61,410 nt of DNA from a virus (taxonomy: Duplodnaviria; Caudoviricetes): positions 1 through 61,410 of the IMG/VR virus record IMGVR_UViG_3300021425_000037; one strand, given 5' to 3'. The translations under genes were made by a program, and so were the position numbers. Positions 1 through 8,640 of the stretch are shown piece after piece. Each line of letters starts with the position of its first letter. The first letter of the stretch is position 1. A model generated the notes under the pieces. That model was not told the DNA's origin. It did no database searches and worked only from the letters and a program-made list of their open reading frames with translations.

Positions 1-1
1 T

Positions 2-97
2 CCTAGTTGGATGTGGCACTATGTTGCACACAAGGATGGCAACTCTAGTGATAGATTAAGTATAGCGTTTGACAGTGTAATCTGTAAAAAGGACTAG
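2..97 (+). CDS. 3' end of a 2OG-Fe(II) oxygenase-like protein (truncated by window start)
   Basis: Reads PSWMWHYV...DRLSIAFD*, the (F)PSxxxHxV...RxSIAF C-terminal signature also seen in 12134..12721. Confidence 0.7.
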   Translation, partial: PSWMWHYVAHKDGNSSDRLSIAFDSVICKKD

Positions 98-98
98 A

Positions 99-644
99 AT
101 GAAAGTACACGAATACTACGACTGGAACCATTTAATTACACGTGATCAGCGTTTTGAAATGTGTAAAGGCATTAACGAGCTGATTGCGAAAGGTAATGTA
201 TGGACTAACAGTCCTAAGTATCAAACAAACGTTAATATATTTGGATTACCCACAGAACAGTGGATTAATCTTAAAATGAGCTTTATTTGGAGTTGTTTTG
301 CATTTATGAAGCAAGAACGCCAAATAAAGAATATTCAAAGTTGGAGTTACAGGACGAACTTGAAAGATGCAGAAGATAGAGATACTCTTTGGCATCATCA
401 TAACCATAATCCTGAAACAACTACAGTAAGTGGTGTCTACTACTTACACCTACCCATAGCGGAAGAAAACGATTTAGAAACAGCAGGCACAGAGCTTGCA
501 CCCAACGGCATAGAAGGCGAGTCTTACTATGCAAATTGGCGAACTGGCAACTGGATGATCTTTCCAGGCAAAGTTTGGCACAGACCTGGCATACTTCATA
601 TAGAAGAAGATAGGTTTGTTGTTGCGGCAGACATGGAGTTTTAA
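99..644 (+). CDS. Putative 2OG-Fe(II) oxygenase (phage type)
   Basis: HxH (WHHHNH), VSGVYY, IFPGKVWH and RFVVAAD motifs of the double-stranded beta-helix fold. Confidence 0.75.
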   Translation: MKVHEYYDWNHLITRDQRFEMCKGINELIAKGNVWTNSPKYQTNVNIFGLPTEQWINLKMSFIWSCFAFMKQERQIKNIQSWSYRTNLKDAEDRDTLWHHHNHNPETTTVSGVYYLHLPIAEENDLETAGTELAPNGIEGESYYANWRTGNWMIFPGKVWHRPGILHIEEDRFVVAADMEF

Positions 645-799
645 TGGGCTATCCCACACAAGGACATATTGCAAAAGACGTAGCAGATATCAAGAAGCAA
701 GTACAAGAGTGCGAGTCTGAAATTGATAGAGTCAAACAACTAGCCGTAAAGAACGGCGAGCTACTAAGAGAAATTTTAAAAATTATAGAACGTGGTTGA
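644..799 (+). CDS. Small coiled-coil hypothetical protein (51 aa)
   Basis: ATG overlaps the upstream TAA (TAATG); MGYPTQGHIAKDVADIKKQV...IERG*. Confidence 0.6.
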   Translation: MGYPTQGHIAKDVADIKKQVQECESEIDRVKQLAVKNGELLREILKIIERG

Positions 800-824
800 C
801 ACACAGATGAAAACCAATTATAAT
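796..824 (+). promoter_or_regulatory. sigma70-type promoter for tRNA-Arg
   Basis: TTGACA-17 nt-TATAAT. Confidence 0.8.
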
Positions 825-836
825 AAATTAAATTAC

Positions 837-913
837 GCGGCTGTAGCTCAGCTGGATAGAGCATTGGTCTACGAAACCAAGGGTCAGGAGTTCGAATCTC
901 TTCAGCCGCGCCA
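837..913 (+). tRNA. tRNA-Arg(ACG)
   Basis: Acceptor GCGGCTG/CAGCCGC, anticodon arm TTGGT-CT-ACG-AA-ACCAA, TTCGAAT T-loop, encoded CCA. Confidence 0.95.
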
Positions 914-939
914 AACAAAGTCTTAAGGAGGACATTAAA

Positions 940-1677
940 ATGGCAAAACGCAGATTTAGAATTGACACTGGTAGATACGGTGGTGAACTTGTAATTGGTA
1001 AAATTAACGCTGACTTCGTAGAGTTTATGCGTGACTATGATGAATCAGATCTTATTGAAACTCTACAAGGGTATGAATGGGAAGACGAAGAAATGGGCAT
1101 CGCTGATGCACCTAAACCTAAAGATGATTTTTATGCTTGGTTTGAATGTGATGACATTGAGCATCTAAACAATGCATACGCTGATGGCGACTGGGTGTAT
1201 ACTGAAGTACCAGGAGATGGATCAGATGACTTTGCATATGATGACGAAATTTCTTTTGAAGCATATCATTTGTATGGCAGAGAGGCATATCATGATGATG
1301 AACTTCCTGAGCCAAGTGATTACTTGTCAGAAGAGGATATTGAAAACATGTTCCCTGTACTTGTATTCCACAGTGGCGAGAAAGGTGGCTTTGCATCTTA
1401 CTTTGTAGAAACTGATGGTGAGGACTTTGATCCTAAGAAACTTGCATTTAGTTCTGTTGAAACTAACGTTTCAGAAATTATCGAAAATGTATATTACGAT
1501 AAAGTAGAACTAGACGCAAACTATGATTACAGCGACACAAACGGCAAAGGTTATTATGCAAGCGTAGGATATATGAATCCTAAGTATCGTGATGATCCGG
1601 CTCAATACACAGACGAGTATCTAGAAGAAGAAGGATACTGGGAAGGTTATGAAGATCATTTATTAGAAGATGACTAA
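940..1677 (+). CDS. Highly acidic hypothetical protein
   Basis: 245-aa ORF with AAGGAGG SD; strongly D/E/Y-rich. Confidence 0.8.
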   Translation: MAKRRFRIDTGRYGGELVIGKINADFVEFMRDYDESDLIETLQGYEWEDEEMGIADAPKPKDDFYAWFECDDIEHLNNAYADGDWVYTEVPGDGSDDFAYDDEISFEAYHLYGREAYHDDELPEPSDYLSEEDIENMFPVLVFHSGEKGGFASYFVETDGEDFDPKKLAFSSVETNVSEIIENVYYDKVELDANYDYSDTNGKGYYASVGYMNPKYRDDPAQYTDEYLEEEGYWEGYEDHLLEDD

Positions 1678-1704
1678 TAAATACTTCCATAGGAGACTAA
1701 CTTA

Positions 1705-1893
1705 ATGACAGAAAAAGTTTATACTTTTGCAGCAGATGATATTTTTCAAGATATCAAAGATGACCCGGAAAATGTTACAATGACTATTCCGCCAGAAATC
1801 TTAGAAAAAATGGGATGGAAAGAAGGAACTAACCTTAGTATTACATGGAATGATGGTTCCATTACATTAAAAGAAGTAGATGGCAAAGAATAG
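1705..1893 (+). CDS. AbrB/MazE-like swapped-hairpin small protein
   Basis: [30 protein letters not shown] matches the AbrB/SpoVT pattern; AGGAG SD; TAAATA upstream. Confidence 0.6.
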   Translation: MTEKVYTFAADDIFQDIKDDPENVTMTIPPEILEKMGWKEGTNLSITWNDGSITLKEVDGKE

Positions 1894-2098
1894 CGATCTA
1901 ATTGAATTAGAGGGAGAAATAGTAAAAGTTCTCCCTAATAATACTTTCAAAGTCCAAGTACACAACGGGCATGAAATCACATGTTACACTTCAGGAAAAA
2001 TGCGTCAATTTAAGATAAAAATGATCGTAGGTGACAAGGTAAAGGTAGAAATGAGCCCATATGATCTTTCTAAAGGAAGAATAACTTTCAGATTATAG
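1880..2098 (+). CDS. infA: Translation initiation factor IF-1
   Basis: 72 aa, [13 protein letters not shown]...SGKMR...[21 protein letters not shown]. Confidence 0.95.
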   Translation: MAKNSDLIELEGEIVKVLPNNTFKVQVHNGHEITCYTSGKMRQFKIKMIVGDKVKVEMSPYDLSKGRITFRL

Positions 2099-2099
2099 G

Positions 2100-2159
2100 T
2101 TGACACCTATCTAGCTTGATGCTATAATATACATATAACTTCAGCAAATCGAGGCACAT
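2100..2159 (+). promoter_or_regulatory. Early promoter plus conserved GCAAA...GAGGCAC leader (copy 1)
   Basis: GGTTGACA-17-TATAAT with extended TG, then GCAAATCGAGGCACAT-ATG. Confidence 0.8.
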
Positions 2160-2594
2160 ATGTTTATTACAGTAACGGGTGGCAAAGAATACCAGCGTAA
2201 GCATGTAGAGAGTATTGTAGGGTTTTGTGTAAAGACTCTAATGCCTCGTATGCGTAAACTTGACATTACAGTAAAGTTATGTAAGACAAAAGATGCTATG
2301 GGTTACTGTTTAGAGACAGATGACAACAGAACCTTTGAAATTGAAATCATGCGCGAACAGAGTCTACGCTCATTATTAGAAACTGTTGCACACGAGATGG
2401 TTCATGTAAAACAGTTTGCTCGAAGAGAATTACATCCTAGTAAAGACGAATGGTATGGCAAAACATACAATCCAAAAAAAGTAAGTTACTGGGATCTTCC
2501 TTGGGAGATTGAAGCACACGGTCGTGAGTGTGGCTTGTTCATCCGTTGGGCTGAAGAAAACGGTTTAGGAGGCAAGTCCTGGACACAACTATAA
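2160..2594 (+). CDS. Zn metallopeptidase-like protein (HExxH)
   Basis: TVAHEMVHVKQ ... PWEIEAH. Confidence 0.7.
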   Translation: MFITVTGGKEYQRKHVESIVGFCVKTLMPRMRKLDITVKLCKTKDAMGYCLETDDNRTFEIEIMREQSLRSLLETVAHEMVHVKQFARRELHPSKDEWYGKTYNPKKVSYWDLPWEIEAHGRECGLFIRWAEENGLGGKSWTQL

Positions 2595-3733
2595 TCCAAT
2601 CTTATTATAATCATATCTGCAATGAATGGGGTGTACAACCTACCTCACCTGTCTATACAGGGTATGAACATGTAGAACAACAATTACAGTCTTATACTAA
2701 AGAACGCTGGTTAGTAGCAAGCGAAGAAGGTAGACAACAGATAGAAGATGAAGTATTCGACATCTATCGAACAGTAAACATTATACCTATTACATACTTT
2801 AGTTTAGAAGGCTGTAAACAAGAACTGAAAGCAATAGGACAAAAGAGTCACAATATTGTTGATGACAAGATTGGTGTAGGTGCTACAGCAGGACAAAACT
2901 TTAGTAGGTTTTGGTTCCCTAATATGCAAGAAGCATACACACGTAAAGACAAAATGGTTAGTATGAGAGCAAGGTTTTACGATGACACACGTTTACGTAG
3001 AGCAATAAGTTTCTGTTACAAATATAGAGACGAAGCAGATAAAAGTGTACTACCTCAAAACATACGTAGAGCATTAGACTTAGTTAGTGGAGGTACTATT
3101 GCTAACTTTAAGCCAATGAACGCTAGAGCCGTGTACGATTACATATGCCCGGCGTTTATGGGTAACGTATTGGACTTTAGTTCAGGCTACGGAGGACGCA
3201 TGTTAGGCGCCCTTACAAGCAATCTAAGGTACCACTACACGGGTATAGACCCTAACACTAAAACATACAACGGACTAGTAGCACTAGGTGAGCTTATGAC
3301 TAGTTTAGGATTAGGCAGTGGATACGAGATGCATCACTTACCTAGCGAACAGTTTATACCAGAGCCGGGATACTACGATGCCGCATTTAGTAGCCCTCCT
3401 TACTTTAATTTAGAAACATATACAGACGAGTCTACACAGTGCATGAACAGTTGTTCTAATTTAGATGAGTGGTTTGCAAACTATGTTACACCTACAATAG
3501 AAATGCTACACACAGCTCTTGCTAAAGATGCTATCTATGCTGTTAATATAGCAGACTACAAAGACGGCAAAGATGAGTTTAAAATTGTAGAGCAATGGAA
3601 ACAAATAAGTGAACAAGTAGGATTTACATATCAAAAGCAAATAGATATGGTGCTGAACGTCCGACCAGGTGTTGGTAATGACAAGGCATCTAACAATTAT
3701 AAGTCAGAAGGAATATATTTGTTCAAAAAATAG
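2579..3733 (+). CDS. DNA amino (N4-C/N6-A) methyltransferase; probable CTG start, first ATG at 2924
   Basis: Motif I VLDFSSGYGG and motif IV FSSPPY; the frame is open from 2555; AGGAGG lies 6 nt before the CTG at 2579. Confidence 0.8.
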   Translation: MDTTIIQSYYNHICNEWGVQPTSPVYTGYEHVEQQLQSYTKERWLVASEEGRQQIEDEVFDIYRTVNIIPITYFSLEGCKQELKAIGQKSHNIVDDKIGVGATAGQNFSRFWFPNMQEAYTRKDKMVSMRARFYDDTRLRRAISFCYKYRDEADKSVLPQNIRRALDLVSGGTIANFKPMNARAVYDYICPAFMGNVLDFSSGYGGRMLGALTSNLRYHYTGIDPNTKTYNGLVALGELMTSLGLGSGYEMHHLPSEQFIPEPGYYDAAFSSPPYFNLETYTDESTQCMNSCSNLDEWFANYVTPTIEMLHTALAKDAIYAVNIADYKDGKDEFKIVEQWKQISEQVGFTYQKQIDMVLNVRPGVGNDKASNNYKSEGIYLFKK

Positions 3734-3734
3734 G

Positions 3735-3795
3735 TTGACATCTACTGTAAAGATGTTATTATTAATACATAGGCTAAACAAACAGAGGCACTAAA
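3735..3795 (+). promoter_or_regulatory. Early promoter plus TAGGCTAAA...GAGGCAC leader (copy 2)
   Basis: GGTTGACA-16-TATTAT with extended TG; GAGGCAC before the ATG. Confidence 0.7.
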
Positions 3796-4914
3796 ATGAG
3801 TAACTGGCAAGATTTTAAGTTTCAAGTACAATACATTGAGACAGATAACCTCGCATTTGCACGTAGAGCATTTGCATCATTCAACGGTAAAGGCAAAAAA
3901 CGTCAAAGTGCGTTTTCAAGATTGCGTAACGAAGTTCACGTAGTACGTATTGACAACGATACAACGGATGAACAAGATGTAGCAATCGAACGCAAAGTTA
4001 CTATTGCAGAAAAACACGATTGTTATCCAGTAGAAGAAAAAAGTTCACTAGCACAATATCCAGGAACGTTTACTAACGTTTCTACATTCCGAACACTATC
4101 AGAAGCAGAACTAGAAGTTGCGTGTAACTGGCATAATACATATTTCCATTATGTACCATTGCATGTTAGTTGCTTCTTTATGTTTAGAGACATTGTAAAA
4201 ACATATGATGCTTACAAAAAAGAGCTTACACCAAAGTTATTAGAAGAACTTGCGGCAATGGTGCAGGGCTTGTTTGGCGACTTGCCACAGTACCAAGAAA
4301 GTGTTGCTGAAGCATATCGTAAGTATCACACAACAAAGTATGGCTTCAAAGGTAACTGGCATGATGATGCTTATGCTGTTGCACTACTACAGTTGTACAA
4401 GCGACTAGGTGGTGAAGAATCTATTCCACTTACTTTGCTTGATCGTTTTGAAGACCTAGACACTTACTTCGATCCTGCAATTTTAAACATTGCTAACTTT
4501 AACTTTGAATATCAAGAAGTTCCACGTAGACCAAACCCAATGCGTAACCTAAATGAACTTAATGGTGGTAAGCAAAGTGTTGTGAGTTTGCAAAATAGAA
4601 TTGATACACTTGCAGACAGTCATAAGTGGAAGAAAGCGATACAACGCCTACAAGAGTCTGACTGGTCATTTGATATGTCTCGTTTACCAAAGGTTGAAAT
4701 GGTTCGATTAGGAGACATTTTAATTGACGAAGATATTCAACGTATCTTAGATGCTCCGCATTGTGCAGGCATTATTGATCCTAACAAATTTGACCCAGCA
4801 CTACTACAGTGTCTACAGTGTATTAAAAACTCTAAAGGCGAGTTTATTAGCATTGACGGGCAGCATACGGCTAGTGTACTAGCAGGTTTAATTGTAGCAG
4901 GCTTGCTAGGCTAA
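3796..4914 (+). CDS. ParB/DGQHR-like domain protein, apparently circularly permuted
   Basis: ILIDEDIQR ... FISIDGQHT at the extreme C-terminus; the ARRAFASFNGKGKK segment, normally downstream of DGQH, is at the N-terminus. Confidence 0.75.
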   Translation: MSNWQDFKFQVQYIETDNLAFARRAFASFNGKGKKRQSAFSRLRNEVHVVRIDNDTTDEQDVAIERKVTIAEKHDCYPVEEKSSLAQYPGTFTNVSTFRTLSEAELEVACNWHNTYFHYVPLHVSCFFMFRDIVKTYDAYKKELTPKLLEELAAMVQGLFGDLPQYQESVAEAYRKYHTTKYGFKGNWHDDAYAVALLQLYKRLGGEESIPLTLLDRFEDLDTYFDPAILNIANFNFEYQEVPRRPNPMRNLNELNGGKQSVVSLQNRIDTLADSHKWKKAIQRLQESDWSFDMSRLPKVEMVRLGDILIDEDIQRILDAPHCAGIIDPNKFDPALLQCLQCIKNSKGEFISIDGQHTASVLAGLIVAGLLG

Positions 4915-5267
4915 TGGACCAGTATTATTTTTATATAGTACAGGGCGATAGAGCCGGCTTTGGTATTGCTCAAGATATGAAGCACCGAAGTCAGCAATAC
5001 TCTAGTCACAGCGGCAGGATTGTAAACTTTCCTTTTGTATTTGCAGGGCATAGGCCACATGCAAAAGCACTTGAAAGAACTATAAAGACTGAACTGTATG
5101 ATGACATCTGGATGATAGAAGATTGGCGTACCGAATGGTTAAACGACAATATCACTATTGAGATGTTAAAAGAACTAGTTGATAGATTAATTACAGAAAG
5201 ACACTATAAACTAGAGTGCATTGCTGTCGATTATGACTTTACAAAAAGGTTGACAACAGGTGCATAG
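4914..5267 (+). CDS. GIY-YIG/T5orf172-like nuclease-fold protein
   Basis: YFYIV...GFGI......R..QY..H...LE pattern; TAATG coupling to the upstream gene. Confidence 0.5.
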   Translation: MDQYYFYIVQGDRAGFGIAQDMKHRSQQYSSHSGRIVNFPFVFAGHRPHAKALERTIKTELYDDIWMIEDWRTEWLNDNITIEMLKELVDRLITERHYKLECIAVDYDFTKRLTTGA

Positions 5268-5309
5268 TTTGCTATAATAGTTTTATTAATTAGGCAAAGA
5301 GAGGCACAT
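5250..5309 (+). promoter_or_regulatory. Early promoter plus TAGGCAAA...GAGGCAC leader (copy 3)
   Basis: GGTTGACA-17-TATAAT with extended TG; TAGGCAAAGAGAGGCACAT-ATG. Confidence 0.85.
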
Positions 5310-6056
5310 ATGTACGTTCAAGCAAAACCAAGTTATTCACGTAACACGTTTAACCATAAGAGTAATGTAAAGGATCGAGTACCATTGCGAACAGTTCCTA
5401 CACAAGAAGCCCTTGCGTATGCTGTAGCGGCACAACGTATCAACGGTTCATATATCAAAGACACTCGCAGGTTCACTGAAAACCCACCGCAATTTTCTAA
5501 TAAAGATATTGTTAAGTTTTCGTTTGCTTCAACGGACAACCCTACGCCTGATGACTTTACTAAGCCTGTACCTACAGAAGCAGACTATGAGCAAGTCGCT
5601 GAAATACAAAAGTGGATGAAGCGTTATGTGATGCTAGGTCTAGGCGAAGTTAATGAATTCAAACGTGATATGATTAACTCTGTATCAGCAGATGTTGTTC
5701 CTGTTAACAACTTAGGTCGTATTGCATTTATTCCTGAATTTGTAAAGCGTGATCAACATGAAACAGGACTTGCAAAAGAGATTCGTGTAGAATATCGTGA
5801 CTCACAATATGTAGGTGAACCCAAAGATGTTGTTGAAGGTGTAATTAAAATCCTTGACAAGCGTTACAGTTCACAATGGGAGAGTTATAACTACACCGCC
5901 GTTATAAACGGCAACCTTGTTAGTTTTATGAACAAGTTTGAACATGCTGTAGGTACAATGAAACGTATCAAAGCAAAAGTAAAGGCACATGGAAAGAACA
6001 AATTGTTTAGTGCAAATGAAACACGTCTTAATTATGTTAAATTATATAAGGTGTAA
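5310..6056 (+). CDS. Hypothetical protein with possible C-terminal OB-fold-like domain
   Basis: SQYVG...IKAKVKAH...ETRLNYVK beta-rich C-terminus. Confidence 0.6.
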   Translation: MYVQAKPSYSRNTFNHKSNVKDRVPLRTVPTQEALAYAVAAQRINGSYIKDTRRFTENPPQFSNKDIVKFSFASTDNPTPDDFTKPVPTEADYEQVAEIQKWMKRYVMLGLGEVNEFKRDMINSVSADVVPVNNLGRIAFIPEFVKRDQHETGLAKEIRVEYRDSQYVGEPKDVVEGVIKILDKRYSSQWESYNYTAVINGNLVSFMNKFEHAVGTMKRIKAKVKAHGKNKLFSANETRLNYVKLYKV

Positions 6057-6058
6057 TT

Positions 6059-6277
6059 ATGGAATTTTTTAGTGCAGATCAAAGTTGGTTATTTTTTGCT
6101 TATGCCGTAGGAACTCTATTTGGACTTTACTTTGGATATAATTATGCGGTTCGTGTAGTAACTGAAAAGATCATTGACAGTCTGATCGAAGCAAAAATGT
6201 TGAAGACTGAAGGGCATGGCGATAACATGGAAATTATTCCTTGGACAGAGTGGTGCAATGATCAAACTTCAAAATAA
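6059..6277 (+). CDS. Small membrane-anchored hypothetical protein
   Basis: N-terminal hydrophobic helix. Confidence 0.6.
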   Translation: MEFFSADQSWLFFAYAVGTLFGLYFGYNYAVRVVTEKIIDSLIEAKMLKTEGHGDNMEIIPWTEWCNDQTSK

Positions 6278-6869
6278 ACTGCCTTACTACTTGCATGTAG
6301 CATGTTCGGGTGGTGTTGATAGCATGGCCGCTTTAGACTTTTTGTCTAATAACCATCATACTAATATTTTGTTTTTCGATCACCAAACTGAAACTAGCAA
6401 ACAAGCATACAAGTTTGTTGCTTATTATGTTGGTGAAAACAAATTAGGTATTGTATATGGTAAGCCTCGCCATGCAAAAGAGAAGAGTCAAAGTTGGGAG
6501 GAGTATTGGCGCACCGAACGATATCATTTCTTTCATAGCGTAGATGCTCCTGTTGTAACAGCACATCATTTAGATGATTGTGTGGAAACTTGGTTATGGA
6601 GTAGTATGCATGGAAAAGGGAAAATTATTCCTTATCGCAATCGTAATGTTGTGCGTCCTTTTCGCCTTACCCGCAAACGGGATTTAGAACTTTGGTGTAA
6701 TCTTAGAAATGTACCATATATTGAAGATGAGTCTAATGAAGATACACGTTATATGCGTAACTATATTAGACATGAAATGATGCCACATGCACTTCGTGTA
6801 AATCCTGGCATTCATAAAACTATAATGAAGAAGGTAAGAGATGAACATACAACACCAATCACTGTTTGA
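6258..6869 (+). CDS. tilS: tRNA(Ile)-lysidine synthetase, minimal form
   Basis: PP-loop SGGVDS, TAHHLDDCVET, RPF, EDESN...RNYIRH. Confidence 0.88.
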   Translation: MIKLQNKLPYYLHVACSGGVDSMAALDFLSNNHHTNILFFDHQTETSKQAYKFVAYYVGENKLGIVYGKPRHAKEKSQSWEEYWRTERYHFFHSVDAPVVTAHHLDDCVETWLWSSMHGKGKIIPYRNRNVVRPFRLTRKRDLELWCNLRNVPYIEDESNEDTRYMRNYIRHEMMPHALRVNPGIHKTIMKKVRDEHTTPITV

Positions 6870-7278
6870 TACAATAAAGATAGAAAAACTTTATTCAGAC
6901 AAAGACGGCGTACCAGTAAAGTATGTTTGCACTACAGATCTTAATGCTAGTGACGTGCCTGTTGATGTATTTTATCGTGAAACGCCTCATCCCGAATTTG
7001 GTAATCGTTACTTTGGTTTGTATCATTGCAACATTCGCGATTGTATGATGATTACAAATGCTGATGTAGTAGAGTCACTTGAGTTCGGTATGATTGAACA
7101 TGACGGTAAGTACTATTATAGTCAGTCACACCATGATTACAAAGTTGTAGGTGATAAAATGATCGACGGTGGACGATCATATATTAGAAGTAGCGGTGGA
7201 ACTGTTGCAATGCGTATAAAAAATGGAAAATTTTATATTAAAAAACTAGAGGATATGGTGGAGCATTATGAGCAATGA
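6841..7278 (+). CDS. Hypothetical protein
   Basis: 145-aa ORF overlapping both neighbours. Confidence 0.65.
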   Translation: MNIQHQSLFDTIKIEKLYSDKDGVPVKYVCTTDLNASDVPVDVFYRETPHPEFGNRYFGLYHCNIRDCMMITNADVVESLEFGMIEHDGKYYYSQSHHDYKVVGDKMIDGGRSYIRSSGGTVAMRIKNGKFYIKKLEDMVEHYEQ

Positions 7279-7486
7279 CAGTTATGTAGAATTTGAAGAC
7301 ACTCTAGATGAGGATGATTTTGGTCTAATCGTCTGTGGTAAAACAGGTAGTCTTAAAGGCTTGTTTATTCCTCGTGGTAAGGAAGATGAAGAGATACCTG
7401 AAACTATCTCAGAAATTTGTTTAGCGGTATTTGGTATTGATCCAAATGAAGATGAAAACGACATACTAGGAAAAACTATACACTAA
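7268..7486 (+). CDS. Small acidic hypothetical protein
   Basis: GGAG SD; 72 aa. Confidence 0.6.
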   Translation: MSNDSYVEFEDTLDEDDFGLIVCGKTGSLKGLFIPRGKEDEEIPETISEICLAVFGIDPNEDENDILGKTIH

Positions 7487-7689
7487 TGACGCTACCAATT
7501 GAACACAAATGGGCTATTGATAATACAAGAAAGTTTTTGTTTGATTTAATGGATCCTCGCAAGACACCTAGAGTTCCTATGGACATTAGGCGAGAAGCTC
7601 GGAGATGTTTAAAACATTATCCAGGTGAGTATCATATGGAGCAAGCACAACTAAAAGCACCAGAAGTATTTGGGGAGTATAGTGGCTAA
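7486..7689 (+). CDS. Small conserved phage protein (TPRVP...ARRCLKHYP type)
   Basis: TAATG coupling; resembles BPSL0761-like small proteins. Confidence 0.6.
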   Translation: MTLPIEHKWAIDNTRKFLFDLMDPRKTPRVPMDIRREARRCLKHYPGEYHMEQAQLKAPEVFGEYSG

Positions 7690-7858
7690 AAAGGCACCTA
7701 AAATAGGAGACAAGGTCGAACACACTTGTACATTAAATGGAACATTTCAAGGTGTTGTTATAGAAGTGTTGTCGACACAATTTATATACAAGACCGCAGA
7801 TGGTCATGATAGGTTCTGTTTGTTTAAAGAGATATGGAAGAAATTAGATGAGAGTTAG
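7682..7858 (+). CDS. Small SH3-like hypothetical protein
   Basis: GGAG SD before GTG; KIGDKVEH...GVVIEV. Confidence 0.55.
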   Translation: MAKKAPKIGDKVEHTCTLNGTFQGVVIEVLSTQFIYKTADGHDRFCLFKEIWKKLDES

Positions 7859-8249
7859 AATAGGGCCATATAGAAAGAACAGAGCGTTCAATATAGAAAT
7901 TGAACCTTTTGACACATGGAGCATGGACCACACACTTGCTCCTATCATTTTACCTATGCTTATACAACTAAAGGAAACCAAACACGGTGCTCCATACGTG
8001 GATCTAGATGATTGTCCAAAGGATCTTCAACCAAAAGAACAAGATGAGCATGGTACTGATGATACACATTTTGCACGTTGGGATTGGGTGTTGGACGAAA
8101 TGATTTATGCGTTTGATTGTAAAGCAAACAAAGACGAAGTCTATATGCGTTTTGATATAAAAGATCGAGACGCAATGAATAAGGAACAAGAAAGGATATC
8201 TAACGGATTTAGATTATTCGGAAAATATTATGAAAATCTCTGGGATTAA
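7848..8249 (+). CDS. Hypothetical phage protein
   Basis: 133-aa ORF in a contiguous operon. Confidence 0.7.
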   Translation: MRVRIGPYRKNRAFNIEIEPFDTWSMDHTLAPIILPMLIQLKETKHGAPYVDLDDCPKDLQPKEQDEHGTDDTHFARWDWVLDEMIYAFDCKANKDEVYMRFDIKDRDAMNKEQERISNGFRLFGKYYENLWD

Positions 8250-8640
8250 TGAATTGGAATTAAAAGATACTACAACGCAAGAAGAATACAAAGAAGCCTC
8301 ATCTGAAAGTAGGGCTCGCAATCTTGCGATGGAGTTGTCTAAAGAACGCAAGCGACTAAAGCAAGAACTTGCTGAACTACAACAAGAGAATGAAGACCTA
8401 ACACCCACTACTCCAACTGGCACACCAGACTGGTATGTAAAGTGGATTGCTACTATACTTGCCGTTGCAGGTGTTTTTTCTATAAGTGCAGGCTTTACAC
8501 AGTACGGACAATTTGCATATCTTATATCTAGTATGTGTTGGGTATATGTAGGTATGTCATGGAGTGATAGAGCTATTATGATTGGCTCTAGTATTAGTGG
8601 TACAGCAGTTGCAATGAACCTAGTAACGAGTTTAACATGA
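8230..8640 (+). CDS. Coiled-coil plus transmembrane hypothetical protein
   Basis: Heptad region followed by hydrophobic helices; start uncertain. Confidence 0.6.
   Translation: MKISGINELELKDTTTQEEYKEASSESRARNLAMELSKERKRLKQELAELQQENEDLTPTTPTGTPDWYVKWIATILAVAGVFSISAGFTQYGQFAYLISSMCWVYVGMSWSDRAIMIGSSISGTAVAMNLVTSLT

Noticed and set aside
649-918. 89-aa minus-strand ORF
   Set aside because: It is the antisense shadow of tRNA-Arg and of the 644..799 ORF.
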